From Selaginella moellendorffii (lineage: Eukaryota; Plantae; Lycopodiophyta), in contig NW_003314277.1 of assembly GCF_000143415.4 (NCBI RefSeq), positions 1,330,493-1,394,492 on the forward strand: 64,000 nucleotides of DNA, written 5' to 3'. The first letter of the stretch is position 1, and each line of letters begins with the position of its first letter. The position numbers were made by a program, and so were the translations under genes. Below the pieces are notes generated by a model. That model was given only the letters and a program-made list of their open reading frames with translations. It ran no database searches and had not been told where the DNA came from. Positions 50,940 to 64,000 of this stretch are shown one piece after another.

Positions 50940-53900
50940 ATGGCATCGGTAGATCCTAGTGAATCCAAGGCTGTCGTCGTCGGGCTTGAAAGGAAGGGTC
51001 TCAAAAGAAAGCTGGCTGAGACGTCTTTGGCTCAGGAGCCGCAAGATGGTCCTGGAACTAGACTCTTGTCCGACGCCGAGGTTTTGCTCGAGACGCTCAA
51101 TACGAGCACGACGTGGAGGGAGAACGATCGCTTCGCAGCTCGTCAGGCGGCCCATGCTCTAGCAGAGCTTGCAAAACACGGTAAGAACTCGATGTTCTTT
51201 CTCGTGTTTTTTCATCCAAGATTTTTTCCTGTTTGGTTTTCTTATCTCGCAGAGGATCACGTCGATCTTATAGTCGACAAAGGAGTGGTGCAAGCTCTCG
51301 TTCCATTTCTATCTGCGCCAGTCTTAGAAGAAGGAGAAGGACCGATTGCATACGAGCATGAGGTTGAGAAGGACGCGGCTTTTGCGTTGGGTCTTCTTGC
51401 AGTTCGGGTGCTCTTTCTTTAGCTTGTTTTTGATGCTCACCTATGTTCCTTACATTTTCTTTTGTGGACAGCCGGAGCACCAGCGGCTAATTGCCGATGC
51501 CGGTGCATTGCCTTCTCTGGTTTCTCTTCTAAAACGTCGAGTAACTGGCCAGAATGCACGGGTTGTGAATGGTCTCGTCCGGAGAGCCGCTGATGCCATC
51601 ACTAACCTTGCGCACGAAAATGGAAGCATAAAAACCAGAGTGAGGTAAGACTTTATCTCTTTCGTGTCAAGAAGCTTGATGTGCCGTCGCAGGGCGGAAG
51701 GTGGCATACCACCCTTGGTAGAGCTTTTAGAATCAAACGATCCGAAAGTGCAGCGGGCGGTGGCTGGTGCTTTGCGGACGCTGGCTTTCAAAAACGAAGC
51801 TAACAAAAACCAGGTAAAATACTGTTATAAGAATTCAGTCCATCTTAGTATCTGCTGTCGCAGATTGTCGAATACAATGCGTTACCAACTCTAATTTTTA
51901 TGCTGCGGTCTGAGGACGTAGGGATCCATTATGAAGCGGTCGGTTTCTACAAATTATTCCGTGTGAACTCAAGCCTTCGCTTCGCAGGTTGGCGTCATCG
52001 GGAACCTTGTTCACTCATCTTCAAATATTAAAAAGGAGGTGCTTGCCGCTGGAGCCTTGCAACCGGTAATTGGGCTTTTGAGGTATGCAAGGAAATCTGA
52101 GTACTTTAGTGCATCAACAGCTCTCGTGTGATCTTTTGAAGCAGTTCAAGGTGCCAAGAAAGCCAGCGTGAGGCCGCGCTACTACTAGGCCAATTTGCTA
52201 CAGCTGATCCTGACTGTAAAGTAAGTTGGGAGCTATTGCTGTATCGTTCGCTGATTGAAATGTTTATCAGGTGCACATAGTGCAACGGGGGGCTGTGCGA
52301 CCTTTGATAAGGATGCTCGAGGCTGCTGACCCCCAACTTAGGGAGATGGCTGGCTTCGCTCTTGGACGTCTTGCACAGGTGCTTTTCAACGCTTTGATCT
52401 GATTGTTGAGTTCATTACACTGATTCATTTCTACGATGATACAGAATACACACAATCAAGCAGGAATTGTGCATGATGGTGGTTTAAGACCGTTACTAGA
52501 TCTGCTTGATTCTAAGAACGGATCATTGCAGCACAATGCTGCTTTTGCGTTGTATGGTCTGGCAGATAACGAGGTGAGTTTTCTGTGTAAGATTATGATG
52601 TACCATGTTCTTTGCCTCTCTTGTGTTGTGCCAGGATAACGTTTCTGATATTGTGAAAGAAGGTGGTGTGCAAAGTCTACAAGACGGTGAGCTTATTGTA
52701 CAGGTAAGGATCGAAACTGTTCTTTCTTTTCCTTTTTTTTTTTTCTAAAGATTGATCCGTTGTAGGCATCAAAAGAATGTGTGGCGAAGACTCTCAAAAG
52801 ACTCGAAGAAAAGCTTCATGGAAGAGTATGTGCTGATTTTATACATTTTGTTTTCTCATCGTGGTTCTGATTTCCATAGGTGTTGAAGCATTTGTTGTAC
52901 CTGATGCGTCAGCCTGATAAACTAGTTCAAAAGAGAGTGGCCTTGACCTTAGCACATCTTTGCACTCCGGAAGACCAAAGATTAATCTTTCATGAAAATA
53001 ACGGTAACGTAATCACTGTTCGAATTGTGGCTCAGCTTTTCTATGCTGCAGGAATGAACATCCTTCTAGAGATGTTGGGGAGTTTTTCTAGTCCCAAGCA
53101 GCAACGCGACGGAGCTCTGGCACTGACTACCCTCGCCAAGAAGGCAACGGGGCTTTCTCCAGTCGATAGTGCCCCCGCGCCGGAAACTCCACAGGTGTGC
53201 GTTTAAGCTCTTGTAGGCTAACTATTGAGCATGGCTTTTGTCTCAGGTATATCTTGGTGGAAAATATGTGAACAATAGCACGTTATCGGACGTTACATTC
53301 CTCGTTGAAGGTTGGATAAACCTTCGATTTGCCTAGACTAACGCAACTGTATGTTTCAGGAAGGCGCTTTTATGCCCATAGGATAGCACTATTAGCATCG
53401 TCTGACGCTTTCAGAGCGATGTTTGATGGTGGCTACAAGGTATGCGCTTTTGCATTTCTCTCATTTCCTTGTAATAAACTTCCTATAGGAAAAGGAGGCC
53501 AAGGATATTGAAATTCCCAACATAAGCTGGAAGGTGTTTGAGATGATGATGAGGTACGTCAGCCTTTGAGCACAGGCATCCTCGTTACTACTCACATTTC
53601 CTCAGGTTCATTTACGAGGGACAGGCGGAAATTGGCTCCGACATCGCCCAGGATCTTCTTCGAGCTGCCGACCAGTACTTGTTGGAGAACCTGAAACAAA
53701 AGTGCGAGGAATCAATCGCCCAGGTAATGCTGCTGATTTCCAGAGGAGAAACTCAATGCAGCTTTGCTTTCTCAGGACTTGACCGTCGAGAACGTTGCCA
53801 ACGTTTTTGAGCTCGGCGAAGCCTTCCACGCCGTCTCGTTGCGCCACACATGCGTCCTCTTCATTCTAGAACAGCACAGTCAGCTCTGCACTCTCCCTGG

Positions 53901-54037
53901 GTACGTCACCAAGAAAAGAACTTCAGATCCTCGCTCACACGACGTGTCGCAGGTACCAAAACTTGATCCGAAGGATTACACCCGAGATCCTGGAGTACAT
54001 GCACCGCATTTTGAGGCCGAGGCCTACCACATCGTAA
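50940..54037 (+). CDS. ARIA: ARM-repeat/BTB protein (ARIA/ABAP1 family), many short exons
   Basis: HEVEKDAAFALGLLA, RRAADAITNLAHENGSIKTRVR, AGALRTLAFKNEANKNQ; BTB LSDVTFLVEGRRFYAHRIALLASSDAFRAMFDGG. Confidence 0.92.
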
Positions 54038-54171
54038 GAAAGTGAGCTTTCATCTCCTTTTTCTCCTTCGACAAGAATTCAAAGATGGAAATGGTGGTGA
54101 TGGAAATTCAGTGACAAACAACAACAACAACAAAGAGACAGGACTCTCGAAAGAAAGTGAGGAACAGAGAT

Positions 54172-55248
54172 TTACTCGGGAGTGGCGGTGGCGGTGGCGA
54201 TGGTGGTAGTGTTGGAAGACTGATTACTTGCGGCAGCTGGGTTAACTGGATCATCGGCCCAATGCTTGTCAAAATCCATGTCATCCAGTGTGTTGAAATG
54301 GAATGCTCCATCGAAGAAGAGGCTGTTGATAGCTGCTCCGCGAGAGCTGCCATCTCCTCCACTGTTGCCGGCGGTGGTGGTGGTGGTGGCGGCTCCGCCG
54401 GCGGCGCTGGAGGTGATCATCGCATTGACAAAGCTGTGATCAAAGTTTGGTGCTGTGGAGTTGGGAGTCATCTCCTGGTAACTCCCACCACCTGGGAATC
54501 CACAGTTGACGTTAAAGTCAGGATGAAAAGCCGGGTAGTGGGAGCCAAGCTGGTCGATCTCGAAGTTGGGGCTCCTGGAGCGGTGATTCTCGGGCTTGGA
54601 ATCCATGAGATTGTGTGGCTCTTGCGCACCGGTTGTAGTAGCGATGGATGATTTGCTCGAGTCGGACGTGGAATCGTCGGCAGCGTGGTGATCATGCTCA
54701 GTGTTTGTCACTGGCAACTTGTGATCCAGCGGGAGTGGAAACATGGTAGTGGGCATCCCAAAGTGATTGAAACCAGCCATGGTTTCCATGCTACCACCAC
54801 CACCACCACTCATTCCCATCGCCATACCAATTGGTACCTTGCATGGGGGATACAAGCTTCCTCCGGGCATGTTGAGATCCAAAAGTTGGCCACCGCCGCC
54901 ACCGCCGCCACCATTTGCAACTTGGGCAGGATTGTTGCCAAGGTCTGGATGCAAGATCCTCTGGAGTGCCATGGTGTGGTAGGCGTGATAGAAATACATG
55001 GCGTATTTGCTGATGATGGTCTTGAAATCCACTGCAGCACTGCCGCTTCCGGCTGAGGGTGATGCAGTGCCGCTGAAGCCGGCCTCCTGGACCTTGCCAT
55101 CGCAGATGACGATTACGCCCACCTCGGCATTGCAGAGGGTGGCGAGCTGCTCCGCTTTGCCTTTCAATCCCTTGAGCCTTTTCTTGAATGTCTCCCGGCG
55201 CGACTTGTCATTCTTGATGAATTCGATCGGGAGCTTGCGCCGTCCCAT
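54172..55248 (-). CDS. Type I (M-type) MADS-box transcription factor, intronless, 358 aa
   Basis: MGRRKLPIEFIKNDKSRRETFKKRLKGLKGKAEQLATLC; no K domain; low-complexity C-terminus. Confidence 0.9.
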   Translation of the reverse strand: MGRRKLPIEFIKNDKSRRETFKKRLKGLKGKAEQLATLCNAEVGVIVICDGKVQEAGFSGTASPSAGSGSAAVDFKTIISKYAMYFYHAYHTMALQRILHPDLGNNPAQVANGGGGGGGGQLLDLNMPGGSLYPPCKVPIGMAMGMSGGGGGSMETMAGFNHFGMPTTMFPLPLDHKLPVTNTEHDHHAADDSTSDSSKSSIATTTGAQEPHNLMDSKPENHRSRSPNFEIDQLGSHYPAFHPDFNVNCGFPGGGSYQEMTPNSTAPNFDHSFVNAMITSSAAGGAATTTTTAGNSGGDGSSRGAAINSLFFDGAFHFNTLDDMDFDKHWADDPVNPAAASNQSSNTTTIATATATPE

Positions 55249-55466
55249 TCATAATCTGTTCATGATCACTGAATAAGCTGCAGGAAAGGAGAAAAAAGAG
55301 GAGAGAAAACGAGAAAAAGAGAAAAAGAAAGGAAAAAGAAAAGATAATTTACAAAGCTTTTTCAATTTCTTGTAGTAAGAGAGTAACCATATTAGGACCA
55401 TGTTCTCTTAATTAGGCTGATGTTTATGGAATTGTTAATAAGTTTTTGTTTTTCCTTTAAAAAACA

Positions 55467-57224
55467 ATGCCTATTTCATCCTTTGCAATAGAAATTAATT
55501 TTAGAAATGACGCACAGACAAAGAAAGCATTTAGTAAGAATGTTGAAGGTAAAAAAGATATAATCTCCTGGACAATAATGCTAAAAGAATATATTCATGC
55601 TGGGGATCTTGAATATGCAAGATTAATCTTCGATAGCATGCCATTGAGGGATTTAATCTGCTGGAACATCATGTTAAATGCATATTCTCACAAGGAAAGC
55701 ACAAAGGAGACAGTTGAGATGTTCAATTCCATGCCTGCACACGATGTAATTTCGTGGACTACTATGGTATTTACATATGCTTCTTCTGGGCAAATTAGTT
55801 TAGCAAAAAAACTGTTTGATGCAATGCCAGAATGGGATGCTGTGTGTTGGGCTACAATGTTTTCTGCATTGGCACAATGCTTGAAATTTACCGAAGTTCA
55901 AAATATGATTCAAGATGTTCCTCTGCAAGATTTATTTGCAAGAAATGCAGTTCTTTTAGCACTTGCCCAAATGGGGCATTTTGTTTGTGCCGAACAAATG
56001 TTTCAGAAAATGGAAAAGCGGGACATTGTGTCATGGAACACAATGCTTAAGGTGTATTCCGGTGCTGGAGAGCTTCACAAAAGCAAGCGTGCTTTTGATA
56101 CCATGCCACAGCACAACTTGGTCTCGCTGAATTCCCTGCTCTCTCTATATTCTCTCCACGGGCATGTAGAACTTGCGAAAGAAGTCTTTAGCTCCTTACC
56201 GCAGCAAAGCTTGATGTCGTTTACAACCATGATAAATCTCTACGCCCATCTTGGAGACATTGACAATGCCAAGGTGTTGTTTGATCAGATGCCTGTTCAT
56301 GACTCTGTTGCATCAAATGCGATGCTGTGTGCTTATGTCCAAAACAACAATCTTCTTAAAGCCAGGCAAATTTTTAACAGCATGGCCTATAGAGATTTTG
56401 CATCATGGACAACCCTCATGTCGGCATACTCTCAAGATGGCAATGTTCTCGAAGCTAGGCATCTGATGTCTCACATCCCATACTTCAACACAGTGGTTTG
56501 CAATGTAATATTATCTTTTGATTTGTTAGAAAAATCAAAACATCTGTTTGATACCATGCCGCAGAGGGACATAGTGACGTGGACGACTATGATCAGCAGA
56601 TATGCCCAGGCTGGGCATATCAACGTTGCCAACTTTCTCTTTGAGACAATACCTCAACACAATCTAGTAACATGGAATGTTTTGCTAGAAGCTTACTACT
56701 TACAAGGCTCCGCTGTTCATATAGAAAAGCTGTTTTCTAGAATGCCTGCAAAGGATCTTGTGTCCTGGAATCTTGTCTTGACAGCGTATGCCTCATTTGG
56801 GCATCTGCGAGATGCTTTCGGCATTTTTGCCGGGATGCCCAGAAAGGATCTGGTATCCTGGACAGCCATGCTGGCAGCATATTCTAACAACGGCAGCCCG
56901 GAAGATGCCTTCTACGCATTTAACCTCTTGGTTCTCGAGGGGCATCTTCCGGACGAGGCATGCTTCACGTCCTACTTAGCCGCGTGCGTTAATCTTGGCG
57001 ACGTAAATCGTGCCAGATCTTGCCTCGCGTCTCTCACAAGTGATTACAGCCTAACACCTTTGAAGCTCCACTTCTCATGCATCATTGGAGTGCTATGCCG
57101 GACTTTCAATTTCGCAAAGTCCCTGGAGCTAATGGAAGCCATGCCTTTCGTGCCCGATGTTTTAGACTGGACGTGCTTGCTTGGAACATCAACTAGCTAC
57201 ACGAATAATCTGTTAAAAAGGTGA
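55467..57224 (+). CDS. PLS-class pentatricopeptide repeat protein, intronless, with truncated E region
   Basis: Repeated FD.MP..D.VSWT.M units; ends HFSCIIGVLCR..AMPFVPDVLDWTCLLG. Confidence 0.9.
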   Translation: MPISSFAIEINFRNDAQTKKAFSKNVEGKKDIISWTIMLKEYIHAGDLEYARLIFDSMPLRDLICWNIMLNAYSHKESTKETVEMFNSMPAHDVISWTTMVFTYASSGQISLAKKLFDAMPEWDAVCWATMFSALAQCLKFTEVQNMIQDVPLQDLFARNAVLLALAQMGHFVCAEQMFQKMEKRDIVSWNTMLKVYSGAGELHKSKRAFDTMPQHNLVSLNSLLSLYSLHGHVELAKEVFSSLPQQSLMSFTTMINLYAHLGDIDNAKVLFDQMPVHDSVASNAMLCAYVQNNNLLKARQIFNSMAYRDFASWTTLMSAYSQDGNVLEARHLMSHIPYFNTVVCNVILSFDLLEKSKHLFDTMPQRDIVTWTTMISRYAQAGHINVANFLFETIPQHNLVTWNVLLEAYYLQGSAVHIEKLFSRMPAKDLVSWNLVLTAYASFGHLRDAFGIFAGMPRKDLVSWTAMLAAYSNNGSPEDAFYAFNLLVLEGHLPDEACFTSYLAACVNLGDVNRARSCLASLTSDYSLTPLKLHFSCIIGVLCRTFNFAKSLELMEAMPFVPDVLDWTCLLGTSTSYTNNLLKR

Positions 57225-57409
57225 CAAAACAATGAGACAAAGATTTCTTACACTAAGCCTACCAAAGTTAGTATTAGTTTCCACGATTTAATTACACTGC
57301 TCTCAGCAAAACCGATCAAAAACTCTCCTTCTCATGTTAGCTCTCACACACTTTTCTCTCTCGCGTCTCGCTCTCCCTCTCTCACTATTTCTTCATCGTC
57401 ACTTCCCGT

Positions 57410-60407
57410 TTAACCAGTCCAAGCACCGCTGGAGCTTGCTACCGACACTGGCACCGCTTGCGATCGAGGAACTGGGCTGTGGAGTGGAGACTGGAGAGGA
57501 GGAGATTGTCCTACCAAAACGTTGGAATGCAATCCTTCACCTCCTGCTAGAATCAAACTTGAGCAATCGAGAGAAGTTCCAGAGGAATCGGACCAGAGAG
57601 ACATACTCTGAGGCTGCGAGAGTTGCGAAGGAGGTCCAAGCGGTCCTTGCTGCATCTGCAGCGGTTGTCCTTGCATCATAGCCTGGTAAAACAACATAAA
57701 TGAAACATTGCTCGTTTCCCTTCCATTACACAGTCAAATAGAATACCTGAGGATATTGGTGGATGTAAACGAGGGGAGGTTGTCCATAGATGACTTGCTG
57801 TGGATACTGCTGCAAAACACAAAACACGAGAGAACTAAGACCAAAGAAGACAAAGAGAAAAACTAAAGAAAAGGGCGCGTACGTTTGGATGAGGATAAGC
57901 GGGTGTAGGTTGCATCGTTGGAGGCATATAGCGTATTGCCTGTTGCTGTCCGTAGGGACTTGCACCAACCTGTAAGAAATCACAACTAAGAACTTCCTGT
58001 CAATCTTTGGGACAACTGGGATCACCTGTGCTTGTGTTTGTGGAGGCAACTTAATCGGAGGACCAGCAGGACCTGGAATGAAAGTCGCAGAAGGTTGAAT
58101 GTAAGGCGAAGTCGTGACACCAGTCGCAGCCATGGTGTTATTGTACTGCGTATATTGAGCCGGTTGTCCGGGCTGCTGCATGTACACGGGCATTCCTTGC
58201 ATCGGGGCAACCGGAACTCCCGCGGGCACGTAGATTGGACTCGGATTGATTGGAGAAGCCGGCCTTGCTGGGGGAAAGCTCGGCGTGAACACCTTTGCAT
58301 TCGGATTTAGCTTAAACTCCTGCTTCCGAAAGCGTCAAGAATGTGAAAACAATCACAAGCTACACACCTTTGCGTTCGGATTTAACAACGACTTCTTGTT
58401 GCCCGTAGCAGAATTGTTGGCAGCAGATGCTGGAGCAGCCGGTGTGGATGGCCTGTCTGCTTCGATTTCTGGCGAGGGAGACTCGGACGCTTTCGGTGCA
58501 GCTGGCTTGATCGGACTACGTGGCCGAGAAGATGAAACGGAGTTCGTGCCCGAGCTTGAGCTACTAAGGCCTACTGGAATAGGTAAGGCAGACGCAGGTG
58601 GTGGAGATATTGTTGGCAGACTCGGTTTTGCATCCCCAGGCCTCAAATCATCTGATAATTTTGCGGCAGCAGCTGTAAACGATCTTGTAAGTTTCGAGTT
58701 CAAACAATGGAAAAACAACGTACATGATGATTTTGGAAGACGACCATCGAAGTCCTTCACCTGCATAAACAGAACGTAAGATAAAAACTAAATGAGAGTG
58801 AGGCTTACAGTTCTCTCCTTAAAGTTCTCGCTGAAGTGTTTGAGCTCATTGACTTGATCCTTCTTTCCTTTCTTCGTAGTTTCCTTGAAGTCGCGGAAGT
58901 CCCTGTCCAAAGACGATTGTAACAAGAAAACTAGTGTCACAAAAAGATTGCAAACCTCAACACTTCTTCAGAAACGCTGGTATTTAGATTTAGTGCCTGA
59001 AGACCAGCATCACTAGCTGATGCAGATGACCGTGGTGACGATGTTGCTGGAACCTGCTGAGACGAATCCTGGAAACGAAATTCCATCAAAACACAAAATC
59101 CCGACTTAAAATACAAATGCACCTGCAGAGGCCGCTCCACTGCCGTAGGCGTACTGACATTGCTTTCAGTCGATCCAGAGACGCTACCAAAAGTTTCTTC
59201 ATTCCAGCTGTTTGCGGCCTTGTGGTGATCATCTTCTCCATCACCCTCGGTATGCGATCTCAAGACCGAAGAGAACCTACTTTCTTCATCAAGAGTATCC
59301 AGCTCGGCGTCCGAGACGCCACGATCCTGATAGTCTACACAGTTAGCAAAGTAGACAGTGTGATGAATTACAGACCTCAGCCAAGTGATTGTTCCTCGTT
59401 GAATCACCCTCGATTTCTCTCGCTAGCCTGGAGGCCTCTCTTTCTCGTTCCCTCGTTTGAGGACCCTTCTCCAGCTTTGTTGTATACAACTCCTCGTCAA
59501 ATGTGGTTTCAACTCCGAACAAGGCTTTGTTTGTTTCGAACTGATCCCAATTTCTGAGAAAACAAACAATGCCTTCAGTAAAATCGAAACTCGCCATTAA
59601 CTAACCTGTTCCAAGAGTTCTGGAAGGTAGTGTCCAGTCCCAGATTTCTCGGAGCTTCGCTGTCAGGCTTCCAAGGCTTCAATTCCCTCTCCGTATCGCG
59701 TCGGTTTTGGGAGATAAATGAATCAGTCAGAAGCTCGTTCTTATTTTCGCGAGAACGACCATTCGGAAGGTATTCCCCGGTGAGAGAAACATCCTGAATA
59801 AAAGGCAGAGATATCAGTCACAGATAAAATAGAGAAAAATGAATGCGAGGCACCTTAGCATCGATCTGCACTAGATCTTTTGCGTAAATGATAAGCGATT
59901 TCGTCGGTGGTTTCCGTGCAGCCTGCTTCACAGCGTCACCCTTTCCAGATTTCCCGCCGGCTTCCTTTGTGAGCCTGGCCATCTTAAGAACCACTCCTGG
60001 AAAAAAAGCGAAAACCCACAGAGCGTCAGCTACGATAGAATCGCGAAAGAAACAGAAAACAGCATACCGAAATCTTTATCCATATTCGCAGTGTGAAAAA
60101 TCCCCGAAAAGACCGAGCCATCCTTGAGCTGGACCTCGACGAACTGCCCAACTAAGCACATCGTGAGATAGAGGAGACGGCCATGGACGTCGTGAGCTCC
60201 ACCCCTCAGCTCCTCATCTTCGATAGCGGAAGAAGGCCTTCCAGTGCTGGGCGGACTCGAGCTGTTGCTACTGACATGATTCTGTAAGCCAGAAGAGGAG
60301 CGCACCGGAGGAGCTCCGGCACCAGACCTCCAATTCGGGGCATCCGATCGATGTGCCGGGCTGCGACGTCCGACCCCGTTGCTCCCAAACGATCGCGGGT
60401 GATTCAT
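57410..60407 (-). CDS. Ataxin-2-like PABP-interacting protein (CID3/CID4 type): LSm, LSmAD and PAM2 motifs
   Basis: [75 protein letters not shown]; probable ATG at 60407 after a 5'UTR intron. Confidence 0.9.
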
Positions 60408-61306
60408 CCCTCGCTGCAAACCCTGTGCCGCGCCGCGCACCGATTCAGCCCCAGCGCCCCTGGAAATCAAGCTGCATGCATATCGGAATACCGGGGAGAG
60501 CCAAAATCTAGCGCGCCAAGGCCTCAGATTCTAGAGAATGCTGGATCAATGCATCAAGCAAAGGCGCCGCATTTCCAAGCCGCGGAGAGAACTTACGCTG
60601 GAACCCCTAGCCCGCTGCTCACACGCTAGCGCGCTCGATCAGAGCTCTCGTACCATCGATCAGCTCAAACCCTAACCCTAAATTGGTGCACTGAGGGAGA
60701 GAGTAATGCTCGCGAGGCCGTCCGATGCTCTCAATCTAGCGGCGATTAAATGCGCAAACTCCTCTGTTATAAGCAAAGATCTTGCGCAATGAAGCTTACA
60801 ATTTTATTGTGTGATCTGCCAAATCTTTACAAATCCAAAGATCTAATTCACAATGAATCCAAAGTGTTAACTACATTGTCTTTTAACCAAATGAAATTGA
60901 AAAATAAAAAGGAGAAAAAATAAATCCAACCAAAAAATTGTCCCAGGCAAATTCTTGTCGACGACGTGATCCACGTTTGCAGTCATTAGATAAAATCGAA
61001 GAAGAAGAAGAAGATGCCGCTCTTCTCTATAGAATAAAGAGATGAGTAGTATACGTTGTTGGGTGTTGTTACCTGTACAACCAAGTCCTCGATAAAAGAT
61101 CTTCTCGGAGCGCTCTCTCATCGATCCAAGAACAAATCTGTCAAGAAAATCTTCCCCTGCCGGATCCTTCCCTGTTCCAACTCCTCCGCGACGATCGATC
61201 GAGTTTTCGATCGACCATCGCATCGGACACTGACACTCCCTCCTCGGAGCCAACCAAACTACGAAAACTCAAAATGGAAGAAAAAAATTTCTCGCCATAC
61301 CTTCGT

Positions 61307-63544
61307 CTATTGCTGCTGCTGCTGCTGCTGCTGCTCGGTTTTCGGCCAGGAAGCATAGAACTCGTCCGTGGAAGAGGACGACGTCGTCTCCACAGGACCG
61401 TCCTTCACCAGAGTTTGCACCCACGAGAGATCCGGCTCCGGTCCACCGTGAGTAGCAAACGAGGCCGACTTCCGGAACTTGCCCAAGTCCTGTCCTTGTA
61501 TCCCCCAGTCTGGCTTTCCAGTGGGAGACCCCCAGTCGGACCACGAAGCCGATGGTAGCGACGATCCAGACACCTCCTTCATACTCCAGCTCCCTCTATC
61601 CCGCTGTGCAAACGCGGAGGCTTTGCGTCCCGCTGCCAACACCTCCGCGGCCGTGGAGGTGCTTAGATCAGTCCCGTCTGAACATCTTCGAGCCATGGAG
61701 CACGGCGACCCCGCACTGAAGATCGATTGCACCGGGCTCTGGAACTGCGGACTAACGTGACTCTGGAGCTGTGACATCGTTGACAGCGGGGAGAGGAGCT
61801 GCTGGAGCTGGAGCTGAGAATGCAGCTGCTGGGAGAGAAGCGAGTGCTCCTGCGGCGTGAGCTGCGACTGGTGCACGGCTGACAAAGGCGACACCTCCGC
61901 CGAGAACAAGTCCTGTAAGCTGGTGGAGGGAATGCTCAGACCCAAGTTGCCAAACTTGTGCATGCGGGCACTGGAGCTCAGCAGTGAGCTCTGCCGAGAC
62001 ATCGAAGATAGCTCAGGTGCCAGATGCCCGTCGTAGTCGGCCCCCTCCACCGGGATGTCTCGGGCACTGAGAGCCGCTCTTAGCCGGCTAGCTTGGAGTC
62101 CGGCACCTCCGGGAAGATGAAGCGTCGGGACCGTGGGCTGCGACCAGGAACCTCCGCCGGACGGTGACAGTGGAGGAGTACTAAGTCCGCTCCCGGAAGC
62201 ATTCGATGGAGAGAAAGGTGGCACCATGATAACTGGAGACTGGGACGTTGAAGAGAGTGGCGGGCTGACGGAGCCGGCATCCAGTGGCGACGAGGCTCTC
62301 GGCGACGGCACTGCCGATCCCATCGAGACGAACAGCGGTCTCATCTCCTCCGAGGTGTGCGCAAAGAAGCACACTCTCCTGCTGCAGCTGGTACCATCTT
62401 TGCAAAGCCGCGTCCTATACTGCGCTGGATGGAGCCAGCACTCAAAAACTCCATGCGCGTACTCGCACGTATCGCCCCGTCGACACGCACCCTTCCGGAA
62501 ATCTGGGCATGGCACGCAGCTGTAGTGGAACCGTCGCGGATCTCTTCGTCGGGCGTTCTCGCCAGGATGAACAAACGGGCACTCTGTCCAGTCGTGCGAG
62601 TAGGCTCTGGAACACGGCCGGACTTTGAAGGAGAACATCCGGAACTCATCCGTGGTGTAGATGCTGTTCTTGATGTCCGGCAGTGACGGGTCGACTGGAT
62701 AGTCCTTCGTCTTCTCATCACTTGGATTCTCCGCAGACTTGGGTGACGAAGGGAACTGGGGCGAGAAAACTGGAGAGTACGAGTCCGGAGACGAGCAAAC
62801 CGAAGACATGGACGACATTGAAACGAAACCTTCTCTCGTATCTGCGAAGGAGTCGTCGTCCAGCTTTGATGAGGAGAAAGCGCCACCCCCGTTACTCTGA
62901 TGAGCTCCCTTGCAATCGGTATCAAGGCTGTGCCTCGCCGTACCAGTTGCGGACAGCATCTTCTCCAATTCAGACTTCGTAGACCGCAGCTTGAGTGGCA
63001 CCGCTATCACCTGTGCTGGCCGACGACCGTATGCATCCATCAAGCTACTGTTGGCACCACCCGAGAGCAACAGCTTCACAGCATCTACACCACGAGAAGA
63101 ACCACCAGCGGCAGCACAGTGAAGAGCAGTGACTTCGTCCTCGCCACAGAACTTATTGACATCAACCTTGCCTGACTTGAGAATGTAGCTCAGAACGTCG
63201 ATGCTCCCATACAAGGCCGCAATCATCAACGGGCTCCTCTTCTCGGTGGCCATCTTGGTGCTCCCAATTTTCCTCAAGTACCAGCTATCGGGCTCGTCTA
63301 AATCCATACCCCCCTCCTCCACAACCCTCCTGAAAGTTTCCAGATCATTGTTGGCAGCTAGCTCGAGTAGCGATGGAGTGGTCTCGCGTTCCTTGCAGCC
63401 CTTGTCCATGTCTGACCACAATAAGGGCGGCTTGAGAAGAGCTTCTGGGTGCTGCGACAGTGGCGAGCGGCCTAGGACGTCGTCAGCTAGCATCATTCTG
63501 TAATTCTTTGCGACCGGCTTCGAGTGCTCAGGGCCCCCACACAT
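61307..63544 (-). CDS. Ankyrin-repeat tandem CCCH zinc-finger protein (ANK-TZF, OXS2/C3H30-like), intronless
   Basis: MCGGP start; [80 protein letters not shown]. Confidence 0.93.
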   Translation of the reverse strand: MCGGPEHSKPVAKNYRMMLADDVLGRSPLSQHPEALLKPPLLWSDMDKGCKERETTPSLLELAANNDLETFRRVVEEGGMDLDEPDSWYLRKIGSTKMATEKRSPLMIAALYGSIDVLSYILKSGKVDVNKFCGEDEVTALHCAAAGGSSRGVDAVKLLLSGGANSSLMDAYGRRPAQVIAVPLKLRSTKSELEKMLSATGTARHSLDTDCKGAHQSNGGGAFSSSKLDDDSFADTREGFVSMSSMSSVCSSPDSYSPVFSPQFPSSPKSAENPSDEKTKDYPVDPSLPDIKNSIYTTDEFRMFSFKVRPCSRAYSHDWTECPFVHPGENARRRDPRRFHYSCVPCPDFRKGACRRGDTCEYAHGVFECWLHPAQYRTRLCKDGTSCSRRVCFFAHTSEEMRPLFVSMGSAVPSPRASSPLDAGSVSPPLSSTSQSPVIMVPPFSPSNASGSGLSTPPLSPSGGGSWSQPTVPTLHLPGGAGLQASRLRAALSARDIPVEGADYDGHLAPELSSMSRQSSLLSSSARMHKFGNLGLSIPSTSLQDLFSAEVSPLSAVHQSQLTPQEHSLLSQQLHSQLQLQQLLSPLSTMSQLQSHVSPQFQSPVQSIFSAGSPCSMARRCSDGTDLSTSTAAEVLAAGRKASAFAQRDRGSWSMKEVSGSSLPSASWSDWGSPTGKPDWGIQGQDLGKFRKSASFATHGGPEPDLSWVQTLVKDGPVETTSSSSTDEFYASWPKTEQQQQQQQQ

Positions 63545-64000
63545 CCTCTTTTTTTTTTCTTTCCTGTCAACGATGGCCACTAAGAAGAAAATGCGGTAAA
63601 AGAAGGGCCATACCTCGATCGACAGCAGTGGTATTCACAGCAATCGCGACGTCTCCACCGTCATAGACTCATCACCGCCACTCGACAGCTGCAAAGATCA
63701 CGAATACCGCAATTCCACGAATTGAGAATCCCGATCGTGTCGTACAGATGAGCAAGAGGCAAGGGAAAGGGATTTTCGTGCAGGCAATCTCTAGCGAGGA
63801 AAATGAGAGCGGAGCAAGCATCGCCGGGCGCTACATTCTCTCTGGATTCGTGGCAAGAGACTCTAGCTCACCAGAATGCCCCGCGCATCGATCAGCCGAT
63901 GTCGACGCCGACTGCCGCGCGCCAGCGCCAGCGCTTAGATCACGGATGGAGCAGCAGCACCACCACGCCTCGACCAAAGAAAAAAAACCTAACAATGCCC

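Noticed and set aside
61479-63503. Multiple plus-strand ORFs over the TZF gene and a (CAG)n tract at ~61310
   Set aside because: Antisense shadows of a GC-rich CDS; the repeat is the protein's ordinary poly-Gln tail.

Overview
Eukaryotic plant DNA. The 45-70 nt GT-AG introns, very tight gene packing and gene set suggest a lycophyte such as Selaginella (inference). There are four zones. (1) 1-6974: decayed Ty3/Gypsy LTR-retrotransposon remnants and 6/12-mer microsatellite tracts. (2) 6975-18275: an ~11.3 kb DNA transposon bounded by perfect 24-bp terminal inverted repeats. It encodes a Sola-like DDD transposase (minus strand, two in-frame stops). Divergently, it encodes a spliced gene of ~1,600 codons whose product appears to join a ParB/Srx-like domain, a degenerate DNA amino-methyltransferase-like region and an FCP1/NIF-type HAD phosphatase domain. 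About 20 copies of a 22-bp palindrome (ATGGCRTG-N6-CAYGCCAT) are spread through the element, including one in each of four consecutive introns. This ParB/parS-like module inside a plant transposon is the best candidate for an undescribed system. (3) 18276-41300: a Gypsy pol relic and a rearranged zone with three copies (one inverted) of a P450-fragment/GT77 glycosyltransferase block, plus MLKL-like helical-bundle kinase genes and pseudogenes. (4) ~38500-64000: ordinary compact genes (intact GT77, nucleotide-sugar transporter, RING protein, TGS1, PnsB1/NDF1, ARIA, type I MADS, PLS-PPR, CID3/4 Ataxin-2-like, ANK-CCCH TZF). Two 100-N assembly gaps lie inside the transposon. All domain calls come from recognising motifs by eye; no database search was run.
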